Source of the DNA: Cenococcum geophilum
Lineage: Eukaryota
Length of the DNA stretch: 64,000 nt
Reading direction: 5' to 3'
NCBI GenBank assembly: GCA_050273025.1
Contig: CP158635.1
Coordinates: 24,862,001-24,926,000 of the forward strand
The notes beneath the pieces are model-generated. The model was not told the DNA's origin, did no database searches, and saw only the letters and a list, made by a program, of their open reading frames with translations. Position 1 is the stretch's first letter. Every line of letters begins with the position of its first letter. The position numbers were made by a program, and so were the translations under genes. Below are positions 25,780-38,483 of this stretch, piece by piece.

Positions 25780-28700
25780 GGCTTTGGGGCGTTTTTGTCC
25801 CTATATTCTTCCGGTAACTTATCGTCTTTATTATACTAGTATTCCATCTATTCGTCTAGGTACTTCGGGGGTCCAGGCGTATTAGGATATTAGTTGTAGA
25901 ATTCTTTAAGCTTCTAAGGGCAGCCTATAAAGTTCCATATAGGGTACCAAGTTGGGTTAGGATTATAGCCCTTCTATTAAATATGGTATTTTAGCGCTCC
26001 CCGTACTATCTTATAGGCTAGTATTTTATTAACCTCCCATTTATTGTTACCGTTTACTTAAACTAGTAGGGGAGGCTTATTCTTTTGTCTAGGCAATGGG
26101 TTGTTCGTAGCTTTCCGTAACTTATCTGGCGAGAAAATAGGGTGAACCCTAATTAAGTCTAGGAGCTTTATCTTATACAAGTTACCTATCTTCTTAAGAA
26201 CCTTATATGGTTCTGCCATCTAGTAGTCCAGCTTATAGCTAGGTCGTTCGGTCCTCTAATTCCTTATTATAACCTAGACTATATTACTAGGGGCAAAATT
26301 AGGCTCTTAACGGTGTTTATTCGCCTACTATTCTATTAACCTCTAAGCTTTTTCTAGGTTCTCGCGGGCTACCGTCCAGGCCTCCTTTAATTGTTTAGCG
26401 TACTATTAGGCCTTAGCATAGAATAGCTTCTCTTATATAGTTTAGGGTTCTTCTAGCCTTTTCTAGTTAAAGCTTATACGGGGTAAGTATCCTATTTCTA
26501 GCTAAATTGGGGCAAACCCTATGGAGTTATAGGGTAGGGTTGCTTGCGCGTAGTCTATTAAGGGTAGTAATTTAGACTAGTTATCCTGGAAATAGTTAAC
26601 AAAGGGCCTAAGCCTCTAGTCTAGGTACTAATTTACAATCTCTGTCTAACTGTCTGTCTAGGGGTAATAAGCCATAGAAAGCTTTAGCTTAATACCTAGG
26701 ATCCGGGTAAACTTATTCCAGAAGGCTAATATAAACTATAGCCTATAATCGGACATAATAGTATCTAGTGGTCTGTAGATTTAGTAGACGTAATAGATAT
26801 ATAGCTAGGCTGCCTCTTTAGCATTAATGTTCTTATAATATGGAATTAAGAATAGGCGTTTACTAAAGCGGTTAACTATAACTATAACCATATCGTATCC
26901 GTTACGGTCCCTAGGTAGTTTATAGAAGTCTATAGAGATATACTACTAAGGGCGCTCTAGTATTGGGAGTGGCTTAAGTAGTCCTAGGGTCTTATCCCGT
27001 AGGATTATAGCTCTTTAGCAGTCTTTGCAGTTTTATATATATTAATTAATATCCGCAACCATTCTCGGCTAGTAGTAGCGGCAGTTAATAATTTTACGGG
27101 TTTTATTCTTGCCAGGGTATACTGTAAAGACTTAGCAATAAGCTTCGCGGATTAGTTTAATCCGTAGATTATTAACGTTAGGGATTATAAGCCGCTCCTA
27201 GTATAGGAGCAATCCTTCCTCCGTTTTAAAATTGGGGTCTCCTTTTACAGCTTGTTTATAAAGGGCCCTTAGGGCGTTAGCTATGCGGTTTGCAGTTAGG
27301 AGGCGGTTAATTAGCCCTATTAGCTTATCTAAGGACTCCTCTATTAGTGCTAGCTCGTTTTACTAGGAGTCTAGCTCCTTAAGGATCCGTAGGTTAAGCT
27401 ATTCTAGATAGAGGAGGGCGCGCGTCTAATATTAGGTCTTTAGCTTATCCTAGGGTCCTACGTCTTATTCTCTTCGGGTTAGGGTATTAGCCTTAAAGTT
27501 TTGCTTGCTAGAACGATATATAATTATAAAGAAGAATTGGGAGAGTATTTCGGCCTACTAGGCTTATCGCCCTATAAGCTGCTTTATAGTTATAAAGTAC
27601 TCTAGGGCTTTATAATCTATATATATCTTAATCCGGGAGTTCGTACCTTCAAGCTCTACGCGCCATTAGGAGAGTAATCGAATAATAGCTAGCATTTCTT
27701 TGTCGTGTACTTTATAGTTATACTTAGCCAGGTTTATTATCTTTAAAAAGAAAGCTATAGGGTACTATTCGCCGTCTAGATGTAACTGTAATAGGATTCC
27801 CGCTATGACCCTATTAGAGGCGTCTGTTTCTAGCATTAATTTGAGGTCTGGGTTATAGTAATAAAGAATTAGGGAAGAGATAAGCCGATTCTTTACCTCT
27901 TTAAAGGCCTTTATGCAGCTATTATTAAAGACAAAAGGCGTATCCTTCCTAGTTAGTCGTACGAGAGGTTTTGCCACAATTCCGTAGTCACGGATAAACT
28001 AGCGGTAGAAATTATAAAAACTAAGAAAGGACTGGATTCCTTTTACTATATAAGGGGGCTTTTAGTTACGGATTGCCTCTACCTTCTTAGGGTCGACCTT
28101 AATTCCTTTTGTAGTTACAATAAACCCAAGGTATTTTATATGTTTTACCCTAAACTCGCATTTCTTAATATTAACTTATAAGCCCGCGTTTCGTAGCCTC
28201 TCTAGAACCTTCTTAACATAAACTTGATGCTTAAGTTCGTCGTCCAAGTATATAAGAATGTCGTCTAGGTATACTGTGTAGAATTCGTTGAGGTAATTAA
28301 AAAGAATGTTATTTATATACCTTTGGTACGTAGCTGGTCCGTTTATTAGTCTAAAAGGAAGAACTTTATATTTATAGGAACCATAGTGGGTATAGAACGT
28401 TGTTAAATCTTTAGATATAGGGTCTATCCTAATTTGGTGGAAAGCTTAGCGGATATTAAGTTTAGTAAAGATCTTTGCCTAGCTTAGACGTGCAAGGGTC
28501 TTGTTAATTAAAGGAATAGGATACTGGTTTTTTTAAGTAATAGCGTTTAGCTTTTAATAGTTGATATAAAAACGAAGGCCTCTATTAGGCTTTTTTACGA
28601 ATAGGATAGGGGAAGTAAAAGGGGCTTAACTTGGCTCGATAAACCCTTTATTTAGGTTGTTAATTAAATACTGCTTTATTGCTTTTAGCTTATCTGTTAA

Positions 28701-29850
28701 TTAATAGTAGAGGGGGCTATAGCCTAGCGAGTTATTGGCCTTTAATTGAATCTTGTAATCGTATGTCTGGTAGGGGGGTAACTTATTTAAGGCCGCCTTT
28801 AAGAATATATCCTTATAGCCTATATAAATGGTAGAAAGGAGACATTTAACTAGTTTTTTATCGGTTTCCTTATCTAGCCTTTCCTCTCTATTATTAATAA
28901 TTTGGTTAATCTTATATAGGCTTATTGTAAAGACCTTATTGTCCTTTTGGTACATATTAAAGTGAAACGCTATAGCGCTAATTGCGGTAATATCTATGGT
29001 AGGGGGGTTAACTAATAATAGGGGCGTATATAACTTTAGGGACTTCTAGGGTACTGGCGTTATCGTTACTCCTTTTAGCTCCTATTACATCTTTTAAAGG
29101 TTATCCCTTATATCCTATTAATACGTTCTTTTCCATAACGGTTAAATCTATGCGATTTAGACGTTATCTACGTTATTATCTGTCCCGCTTTTGTATGTAG
29201 AGTCCTCTTTAAATATAGCGCTTTGGGAGAGTATCTTTATTGGTATAGAGTTCTTTCTAGCTTTATGGCGGGCGTCCTCTTAGGCAAAGGCTAGGTCACG
29301 GGCCCGGACATCCTACTAGTAGGTAGGGTTACCCCTTACGGCTAGTGTCTCGCGGTTGGTTCGGATCTCCCTAATAAAGGAAGGTAACCTCGGTCTATCC
29401 TCCGGCTAGATAAACTATCTTTTTCGTATATTTAACTAAATATTAAAATAGGACATCTATTTTCGTCTAAGGATTATATTATAGGACCCTAGGTCTAGGA
29501 TGTAAAAGGGGATGCCGTATTAGCATCGTCCGTTAAGAGCAATATGTAACTTTAAAATGTAGGTAATGGGCCGACCGGCTTGGCCATTATAGCCCTTTAC
29601 CTAGATAGGCTTCTCTAGTTGGATAGCTTCTGTATTTAGAAACTTGGCAATATTATTTATATAGACAGTATTTATAAAGGCGAAGCTATTTGCTCTAGTG
29701 TTAATAAGGGCGGTTGTATTAACTCTATATCCATTTTAAGATACTATACATAGAACCGTAAAATGCTTTCTACCTATTAACTAACTAAGATTAATCTCTT
29801 TAAGATTAATAGGGTACCCTAGGGGGGAGTCTTTCCCTAGGGTTCTTCTT
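25780..29850 (-). pseudogene. pol: pol of Gypsy C
   Basis: Protease ALINTRANSFAF (RIPped DTGA); RT VYLDDILIY at ~28255-28275; RNase H ETDASN; integrase; chromodomain WEVNKIL...KGYNPNPTWYP. Confidence 0.92.
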
Positions 29851-30997
29851 TTCCCGACTTATTAGACGTTTCTCCTTCCTCTATCTCCTTAATATCGCCT
29901 ATATCCTTTAGCTCTGGGCAGGATAAGGCAAAGTAACTTTACTTATTGCAGTTAAAGCACGTAGCTAAGGCAGGGTCGATTGGAGTATTACGGCGAATAC
30001 TAGTTAATAGCGTGGTACATAGCTGGTCGGGTGAGGCTTGCTAGTACGTAGTTATAACCGCCTTTGGTATAAGAGCAGTCGTAACTTATCTTCCTGCTCT
30101 AGCTTCTATAGGTATAGCTAGCGAGTTCTAATCGTTACAGAGTTGCTTCTACCAATTAGGGCAGGCGTTAATCCGCTTTAGTTCTAAGTCTAATAATAGG
30201 TAATAAGCTGCGAGTCTTTTATGGGTTAATAGGTTATCTAAGGTTATAGCAATCTTTTCTTATAGCCGGATTATTAGCTTATTATATAGGTCTAATTGGT
30301 AGTTCTTAAGGGGAACCTGGCCTTCTTCTATAAGGTGTAGGAATTAAGTCTAGAATTTAGCAAAGGGTTAGTTCGGTTTTATTATTAGGTAATTATAGTT
30401 ATAACGGGCATCCCGTACTTTGTTTGGGTTAACGTAGATAGCCGCTAGGTGCTGTATTATCTCATTAACAGATATAAATTGGATAGGGGAGTTGTCCTCA
30501 AACTTGGCTTAAAGGTGCCGTTAGGCGTCCCCAGTGGTTCGACTAAAGAGGTAGAGCATTTTAGCTTCTTTAGAAAGAAAATAGTTATAGTTAACGCGGA
30601 GCTTTCCTTATACTTAAATCCTCCAATTCTTAAAGGTAGGGTTTATCCCATTAGATAGTGGTGGGGGGTTAAGGAGCTTAACGGACTTTAATTGCTTTAT
30701 TATTATATCCGTACTCCCTAGTATATTATATTTAGTAGAGTAAATAGGTTAGCTAGGGCTTTAAGAAGGGGAAGCTAGGCTATTTTATAGGGCCGTAAGG
30801 CTTTCTAGGATCTCTTATAAGGTCTCTTATATATTTCTCGCTTTAAGACGATTGGCTTCCTGGCTGGCTATAAGGGCGCGAATTTGCTTGCGTATGTCTA
30901 CGACATTATCATTATCTTTAATTTTTAATCCCAATTGGATCTTAGGTTCCTCTTAGGTAGAGGCAGCTCTCTTAGATAAGCTTGCTTTAGGTGCCAT
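29836..30997 (-). pseudogene. gag: gag of Gypsy C
   Basis: ATG GCA CCT at 30997; CCHC knuckle TCFNCNKxSYFALSC at ~29916-29962; ends SGKEEP*. Confidence 0.85.
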
Positions 30998-31227
30998 TGT
31001 TAGCTTTCTAAGGTTTGTTAGTATTATACGCTTTAGTTTTAATTCTAAGGGTATAGGTCCAGTCCTGTCTAGCTTATAAGGTGGGATATTATCTAGGCCT
31101 TCCCAGGCAATATAGAGTTGTTTTGGTGTCTAAGTATAGCGCGTCAATGCGTTATTGCAGACGAAGTTTCTTTGGGGTGGGATATTATTAAGGCCTTCCC
31201 AGGCAAGGTAGGGAGAGCTTAGTATAA

Positions 31228-31438
31228 TATTACGGCTTAAACAAATGCCTCTAAACCGAAGCTTAAACGAATGCTGTATTACGAAGATACTAAGCTAAAG
31301 AGAAGGAAAAGGGGTTGCTAGGACCGATATAAATAAATATATAGGGTAAGCCGCTAAGGCGCTAGCTTTAGGCGGGCCAATCGCAGGTCGGCAGAATATG
31401 GCAGAATTTGGCAGGTAATGTGCGATAGCGCTGTTACA
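31228..31438 (-). repeat. 5' LTR of Gypsy C
   Basis: See 3' LTR; TSD adjacent. Confidence 0.95.
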
Positions 31439-32559
31439 TTACCCCTAGTATAAAGAAATAGTGTAATTGGTCTAGGTAGGTGTTCTATTAAACCTTAATT
31501 TTAGGGGATCCTAGAACGACCTTAAAAGCTAGATTTCCTCTAAGGCTTTATATTAACTAGTTTTTACAGTATTCTTTCTTAATTTCTTAGATGCTATTTT
31601 GTTTGGGCATAAAGCTATTATAAGTACTTAGGAGATTAACCTTTCTCTCTTCTATAATAATTCTCTCTAGTTTAAGATAAATTACTATAAGTTCTAAGCT
31701 TGACTATATATAGAGAAGCCCACCCTATTCTTTCTGGATAGACTTAAAGCAATTATAATAAGAGGCTCACTTATATAAGGCTTATTTACAAGATAAATCC
31801 TAATGGCTGGATTGTTAAATATACGCTTATATTTAGCTTATAGAAGAATAAGAAGCCCTATTATAGCTGCTTAACTATTATCCTGGGAAGAGGGTTTTAA
31901 AAGCGCTTTTAAATACCTCCGCCTAAGCATTTATACTTTATCGTTAAGCCAAGGTAAGAGCGAAGAGATACTATATTACGTCGCCCGTATATTAATACCT
32001 TTATCTCTAAGTATATTCTAGTACCGGATTTTTACTAGTATAACTCTATGTTTAGGGACACTGACGTCCATTTTTAGATAGTTTGCTCGCTGTTTTAAGC
32101 AGCGCTTGTCCTAGGCGCTAAGGCCTAAGCGAAGTGTCTCTCCCCCATTAAAACTTCTAACTGCGTACTTCTATATTTAATCACCTATTATTGGGACGGC
32201 CCTATATTCTAAGAAGTGGGTTATCTATTATCCTACTAACTTATGGTTGGTTATAATAGACCTCCCTAGCTTTTAACGTCCCCTAGACATCTATAAAGCT
32301 TAACATGCCCACTATAGCCTTTTACTTGGCATTACTTCTATTAACCAACCACATTGGTTTACTCTTCTTTCTCTTCCTATACTTTAGTTCTTTTCCTATA
32401 CCTGCTTAATATTCTCCGCCATTTTGCTAATCGTATTAACAATTCTATGCTATTACCCGACTTACTCTATTACTCTACCTCGCCTTAATTTACAAGTTAG
32501 ACTCCACGCCTGCCCTATTGCTATAGCAATACCCTCTTTTTTAGGAACTAAATTAATAT

Positions 32560-35045
32560 ATGCCCTTCCTATATAATAAGCCGAAGGAAAGCCCAAGGCA
32601 TAAACCTGGGCGTAAGTATGGGCATAAACTTAGGCAGAAACCTAGACGGATACCTAAACGTCCGCCTATCTAACGATGTAAGCCACTAGCGCAGCTGAAA
32701 TATTCGGCTAAGCATTATAAAAAACTCCGCGAAGAATTCAAGAAGATAGGTCTTGTAAAGAAAAATTATTTACTAGTAATAAAGAATAATATAAACGAAA
32801 TTTTAATATAATAGTTAAGGTAAGAGTGCTCTTATCTAAAATGCAATTCTATAGCTTATTATTTAGGTTCTGCAAGAATATAAAAAAACACCCTACTTAA
32901 CTTCTTAAGAATGCCTCAAACCATGACGTTAAAATTTTTCTTTAGTGGATTGTAGATAATTATCCATTACGGAAAAGGACTAGTATTCGTTAGAAATATA
33001 AACACTGGCGATAGCTCTATTAAAAATATACTAAGAAGGATTAGCCTAAAGACGTTAATAAAGAAATTAATGATATATAGAAATTACTTTAAATATTTAT
33101 AAAATCCCGCTAACTATTACAGTATATTAACGGACTATTAACTAAGAATAATGGGCTTAACACATCCACTAAGAAGAAGCTAGTAATGAATGTTAATAAT
33201 ATTTTTCGGGTTTTATATTATTACTAGGCTTATAATACCTCCATATTTCCAGACGGGCGATAGAGTCTATAACTTATATTTTTGATACTTATCTATATAT
33301 ATACAGTATCTCGGCTGGGCGCATTAGTCTATATAAAGAGAAATGCGAAAGTGGTAACCTAATGCGCTTTTAAGACCTATAATGAGGATAGGGGAGTAGG
33401 AGATGGCATAAGTGATGACGAAATTGACGATAGAGATAGGGATAACGATGGTAAAGACGAAGATGACAGTAAAATGGATAACCAATATAACGGAATTAGC
33501 GAAGGATCCGAGGAAAAGGACGAACCTATTAACACTTTGTGTTATAAATATATTACATTTATCCTTATTTAAGAGCTAGGGGCTGAACGGGACCTTATTG
33601 CCATAGAGATTGATTTACAATTTACTAAAGGGTATAGACGGAATTCTAAACGGTAAGGCATATATAATAAGTTTCTCTTTAATAAATGCTAAATTAGATA
33701 TAGTAAGATATTTTATCTTTATAAGGTTAACGACCTAATCTTTAATCCAATAATTTATATAATTGTCCTAGGAATTCTTGACAATGCCTTTAAACTTAAA
33801 TTCTAGATTATTAAGCAGGTTTTTATAGTTCGAGTTAACCCGTATTAAACGACCTTGCGTTTAAGATAGAAGAAAAGCTAGGAAAATAAACTAATATTTT
33901 AGCAAGTAATTATAATAGTAGACGGGATCGGAACTTTAGATAAGCCTATACCCTACTATACTTTCCTCTACTATATTTAGTGGCTAGGCTTTATAGCCGG
34001 AATAATACAAATCTTTAATCCCTATAATATTTGGCGAGGAATAGGTAAAGCGGTTAATGCTATAACAACCTAAGCTTAATTGCAATAGGTTATAGGTTAT
34101 AAAGATGCTAGTGTCTATTAGGCTTATATAAATGAGCGGATTTTATATAACGTTTAGGCTGCTTTCCTTAGCCGCCCTTTTGCTAATGTACTTATAAAGT
34201 CCCTAACGTATATTAGTCGGGACATCGACCCGCGGACTCCTAAAGTGGTTGTAGATATAATAAATAATTCTCTTAAGACTTATCTACTTGTTATAGAGCT
34301 CTATTAGCAGCATAATACCTTATCTAAAGAAACTAGGGAACTATACGGTACTCTTAAAAATGCATAGGCACTTAGGAGTGAAGAGTATAAATTATATACA
34401 CAAGCTGCATTAGAATTAGAAAAACAAAAAAAGGCCTTAAAAAGGGGGAAACGGAAGGAAATATAGCTTGAATTTTTCAATAAAATTAAGACTAAAGATT
34501 TAAGGCGACAGCTTGCGCTATCGGCTATTAGTCTATGCGAGGAAGAGTAGAAACTAGAACCAGTGGAGTATAGTCCCAAACAAAAACGCGTTATTTAGCT
34601 CTTATATAAACGTCTAGCTAATCTTATAATATAAGAAAATTTCTAATATTAAATTGACGCAATTAAAGCCTTGCTTGATCTATGCTGGGTACTAAAACCT
34701 ATAATTAAGCGCAAGGTTATCCGTAATTATAATTAGGGTATCCTTTTTACTCTAGAGCTAAGTTTAGAGCTAACGGTTAAACCTAAACTAGGCCCTATAA
34801 AGATTATAAATTAATAGTATCTCTTCTGCGCCTGTAAGCTGGGAGTATATACCCTTTTCTGTTGCCCGCATAAAGCAAGGGAACATATTAAGAGGTAATA
34901 TCTTCGTTTTTTTAAACAGAATAAACCAATCCTATATCCAGACCCATATTGCCGCTTATTAGGAATAATACTCTTTAAATATAAGCATTTTAAAAATTAT
35001 ATATTTATGGAGCATAGCACTTCTCTACTAACTTATACCCTATAG
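32560..35045 (+). pseudogene. DUF3435 tyrosine recombinase (Starship 'captain') with C-terminal C2H2-like region
   Basis: KKKLVMNVNNIF...FPDGRxSLxL...YTVSRLGALV (= TxSRPG); FTKG; PYNIWRGIGKAVN...QxVIGYKDASVYxAYINER...VxAAFLSRP...ISRDIDPRTP; terminal (C)LFC...(C)PDPYC...HFKN(H). Introns at ~32820-32867, ~33075-33122 and ~33653-33702. Confidence 0.92.
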
Positions 35046-35279
35046 TCCGTTACTCTTAGTTTTTTTCTTTTTCTTATAGTATTATAGGAGGTTATATTCG
35101 TCCTATTTAGGAATTAGTAAAGTGTATCTAGGATAGATACAGTTTGCTAATAGTTAGTAGTTATTGGCTATAAACAACCTACTAAAGTACTTCTTTGTAA
35201 GCAACTCTACTAGAAGAGGCAAGTTAAGCGGCTGTTTAACTAACTGTATTATTGAAATAAAATACCTTATATAAATTAT

Positions 35280-35762
35280 TTAGGACTGGAATTTCTTTAT
35301 AGTATAGTATACTGCCCCAAAATTTCTTTTAGAGTTAACCTATATAGCGCTAAGGATGGCTTTAACCGTTGAAGTAAGTGCAGTCTTTAGCTCCTCGCCT
35401 TTTTGTAAGGGATTTTCCTTTAAATATATTCTTAGATTCCAATCCTTTACTATTCTATACAATTTTTTATTTATACTAATGTCCCTTACTAGTTTATCTC
35501 CACTTTCTATATTTTATTAGAAATATATTACCTATCTTATTATATCCATACCTATATCTGTTTCGCTTAGGTATTATTTATCGAGTATATAAAGGCGTAG
35601 AACGGCATCACTAAGTAGTACAAGACGTTTGTTTCCTTCCGTTGGCCCTTTAATATTAGATCGTGATTTAGAAGCACCTGCTGTAAAGAAAACCTAGCCT
35701 AGCAAAGCCAAGTTTTTAAAGTAATAGTTAATTCTGTTTTGTAACGAGTTATAGTTTAATAT
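35280..35762 (-). pseudogene. Stand-alone ribonuclease III domain protein (~146 aa, no dsRBD)
   Basis: INYYFKNLALLGxVFFTAGA...GNKRLVLLSDAVLRL (de-RIP GNKRLALLGDA); intron 35507-35551; LTSTVKAILSAIxVNS (de-RIP LASTVEAILGAVWVDS). Confidence 0.85.
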
Positions 35763-38483
35763 TACTACTTTTTACTAAAGAATATAGGGTAAGTAGGTTA
35801 TAAAAATCCGTAACTTGCATATATATAACGGGAAACGTAATGTACTGTCGATTAGAAGACCAAAAGATAAAAAAGAATAATAACTCTGCCTTATTGCAAG
35901 AGGCTCTAGAGCCTCACTATATACACTAGATAGGTGACAAAGACTAACGTTAATACTAATATTAATTTGAAACTATTACCTTATTGCCACTTAATCGACA
36001 TTGCTAATAGGTAATGAAAAGGTAATAGAAATAGTATAAAGTTATAAGGTAATAAGCAACTAGAATAGGAATAGGATAATTATCAAAATCCGACCAAGTC
36101 CTAGCCACGTGTGGTAGATTTAGCTTAAGTACCCTATAATACCCCACTTTAAAAGCGGATTAACTCCTAGCTCTAGAGCTAAGAAACAGTATTATATACT
36201 GATATTCTTTTAGAGGGGTCTATAATATAGATATAGGGGTATATTATGCCATGAGTTAGGCTATATCGCGAAGTTTAACAGTTGTAAGAACTGGTTAGGG
36301 TTAGGGAATTTCGGTACTCTTAAGTTGACTCAGCAACCCCGCTACACTAAATAACCTTTACTTATCATTATAGCCGAGTTCAGCGCGCAAGACCAATGGA
36401 AGGGCCTATAGTTAGTAATGTTAGTAGATGCGGCGGTGCTTATTCGCCATAACGCCAAGCTTATCACCGTTATTAGTCCTAACGCTAACCACAGCCTACT
36501 TTCTCTACTTATACTTTCTCTATTTACCAACCTTAAAAAGTCAACCCCTACTTATTAAGATATATCCGCTAAGGCGACCGCCAAGAGATCTACTTATAGG
36601 TGGGGCAAAATCCTAGCCGTATAAGAACCTGACTTTATAACATACTATAAAAGGTTAAAAATTGGCATTCCTTAACTACTGAAGATTAAAAAATATATAC
36701 TCTTATACTATCCACCTGCCCCTTCTACCAAATAAGAGTTTAAAATCTCAATTATTAAATCGAGCCTACCCCGGCCTAGTGCCACTAAGCTTTATAGAGT
36801 CTACTATTGAGGTTCTAACTTTATAAATACCCATACAGATCTCTTAGTTGTGGTTCGCTATCCTTATCTTTATAACAGCCAATAGTAGAGCCGGTAGTGG
36901 CCTTATACATAATTTTAGGATCGGTTTTCTATAGATATTCTGTTAGGATACTTAGTCTCCTATATAAAGTAACTTATAAATTTTAATAAAAGATAAAACC
37001 AGCCTAATAGAGTTCGGCTTTTGTTTTCACCTCTTTAATACCTAGACAGAGCACTAAATGACTAATGATAGCTTTTTTAATGCTCTTTAACTTATCAGCT
37101 TTATACTACTTCTCGTATTAGTCCACTACCTTATACCTTTCACTTAATGCACTAGAAATGGCTTTAAAAAGGAAACTTAAAAAAGAAGACAAATATATGA
37201 CCCGAAAGTGTTAACATTAAAAAGGATAGAAAGTAGAGGATTTTATACGTCTTTAACTTATTAGGCTTTTAAAGGCCTAGTTATATAACTATCTTACTTC
37301 CTAAGGATTAAGTGTTATAAATAGAAACACAACCTATAAGTAGCTAGGAGGAAAAAGGATATTTAAAATATAAAGAGATATCTTCTATACTAGTTCTACG
37401 CCTTGCTATACTATATAATAGAGCGCAGAATCTAGTTAGTATAATATTCTGCTAGTTTAAATTAAGTGAAGATAAAAGTATTAGTGATGTCAGGTGTTGG
37501 TGATAATAATAGCATAAAATTAAGTGGCCGAGTTATATACTAGCGCTATATAGTTATAGGAAATTGGAGTTGTCTATAGGCGCTAGCATACAAGGAGCCG
37601 TGCCTATTATTCCTATAATAAATAATACACGCGTTTTGTGATATCTCTTTATAATACCTTTATAATATATAAGAGTCCATTCTCTTAAACCGTCTATTTG
37701 TGTTAAGTATGATATATAGCTACTACATAAATATAACGAAGTGGTAATGTTAGCAGAATTCTATTATAAGGCTAATAAACAGAGCAGATCCTTTAAAGGT
37801 TGTTATATAGTGGAGAACGCAGGTATCTAAGCTGTTTGTAGGCGGTGGACTCTAGGGGGTAGGCGGAATAATTACTAAAGTAACATTTATTCCCAGTGTT
37901 AGTGATTTTATAGTTTGTAAGACTGTAATAGAATATAGTATATATAATATAATTAGCAAGTATAAGCGCGGACGGTACTTTTCTGTCTAACGTTATTAGA
38001 GTTTTAAGTTAGGCGGAATTACAGACGCTATCGCCCCGCTGTGTGGTGAGTATATAACCCCATTATTTAATTCCTAACGCCGGTAAGAGAGGAATAAGAT
38101 TATAATCTGGGAGTGGAGCGAATTATATTATACTATAAGGCAGTAAGGTTTAGCTATATATGGCTAAAGACGAAAAGTTACAAGTTTAATCCTATTCTTA
38201 GACGTATTTAAAGCTCTTAAAAAGGACACGTTGCCGATAATAAGGCTGGTTTAGGCGCCTATAGCTAGGCATATAACACTTAACCAAATTTAGTTTAGTG
38301 GACCTTAGTTAAGAGCGAAGGAAAACTTCCAATAGCACCCTAAGGTAGAGGCCAGTTTCGCTAACAACTATAGCTATCCCTAAGAGGTATCTAATAAAAT
38401 AGAAAACTTTACCTAAATCTTAAAATTTCTAGGATTATATTGCCTGAGAAATTTGAGGGACATTAAAATAAGGTATAGTAGTA

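Larger units (their letters stand above)
25250..31438 (-). mobile_element. Full-length Ty3/Gypsy chromovirus C (6189 bp), RIP-inactivated
   Basis: 211-bp LTRs at 25250-25460 and 31228-31438; 5-bp TSD TTACC at 25245-25249 and 31439-31443; PPT at 25461-25472 (minus); gag-pol order PR-RT-RH-IN-CHD. Confidence 0.96.
24530..32260 (+). pseudogene. Fungal-specific transcription factor (Fungal_trans domain) split by Gypsy C
   Basis: Before the insertion: YPxFPILYKPTF...ILGASCL. The frame resumes after the TSD: ...LVFTVFFLNFLDAILFGHKAII...EINLSL...MAGLL. Confidence 0.75.

Noticed and set aside
32180..32560. Starship 5' terminus (TTAC motifs, short inverted repeat TGGTTGGTT/AACCAACCA) or a 5S rDNA/tRNA target
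   Set aside because: TTAC is too frequent to be diagnostic without the other end; no 5S or tRNA sequence recognised.
35845..35918. Dispersed motif as an introner-like intron (GTGAG...CTAAT...CAG on minus) or a Helitron 3' end (hairpin + CTAG)
   Set aside because: Splice sites and the CTAG terminus are not conserved in the other copies.
36294..36306. TTAGGG x2 telomere-like repeat
   Set aside because: Only two units; expected by chance in RIPped DNA.
36428..37450. Possible ART-like domain gene (LYRV..GS)
   Set aside because: Motif too short and degraded to support a family call.
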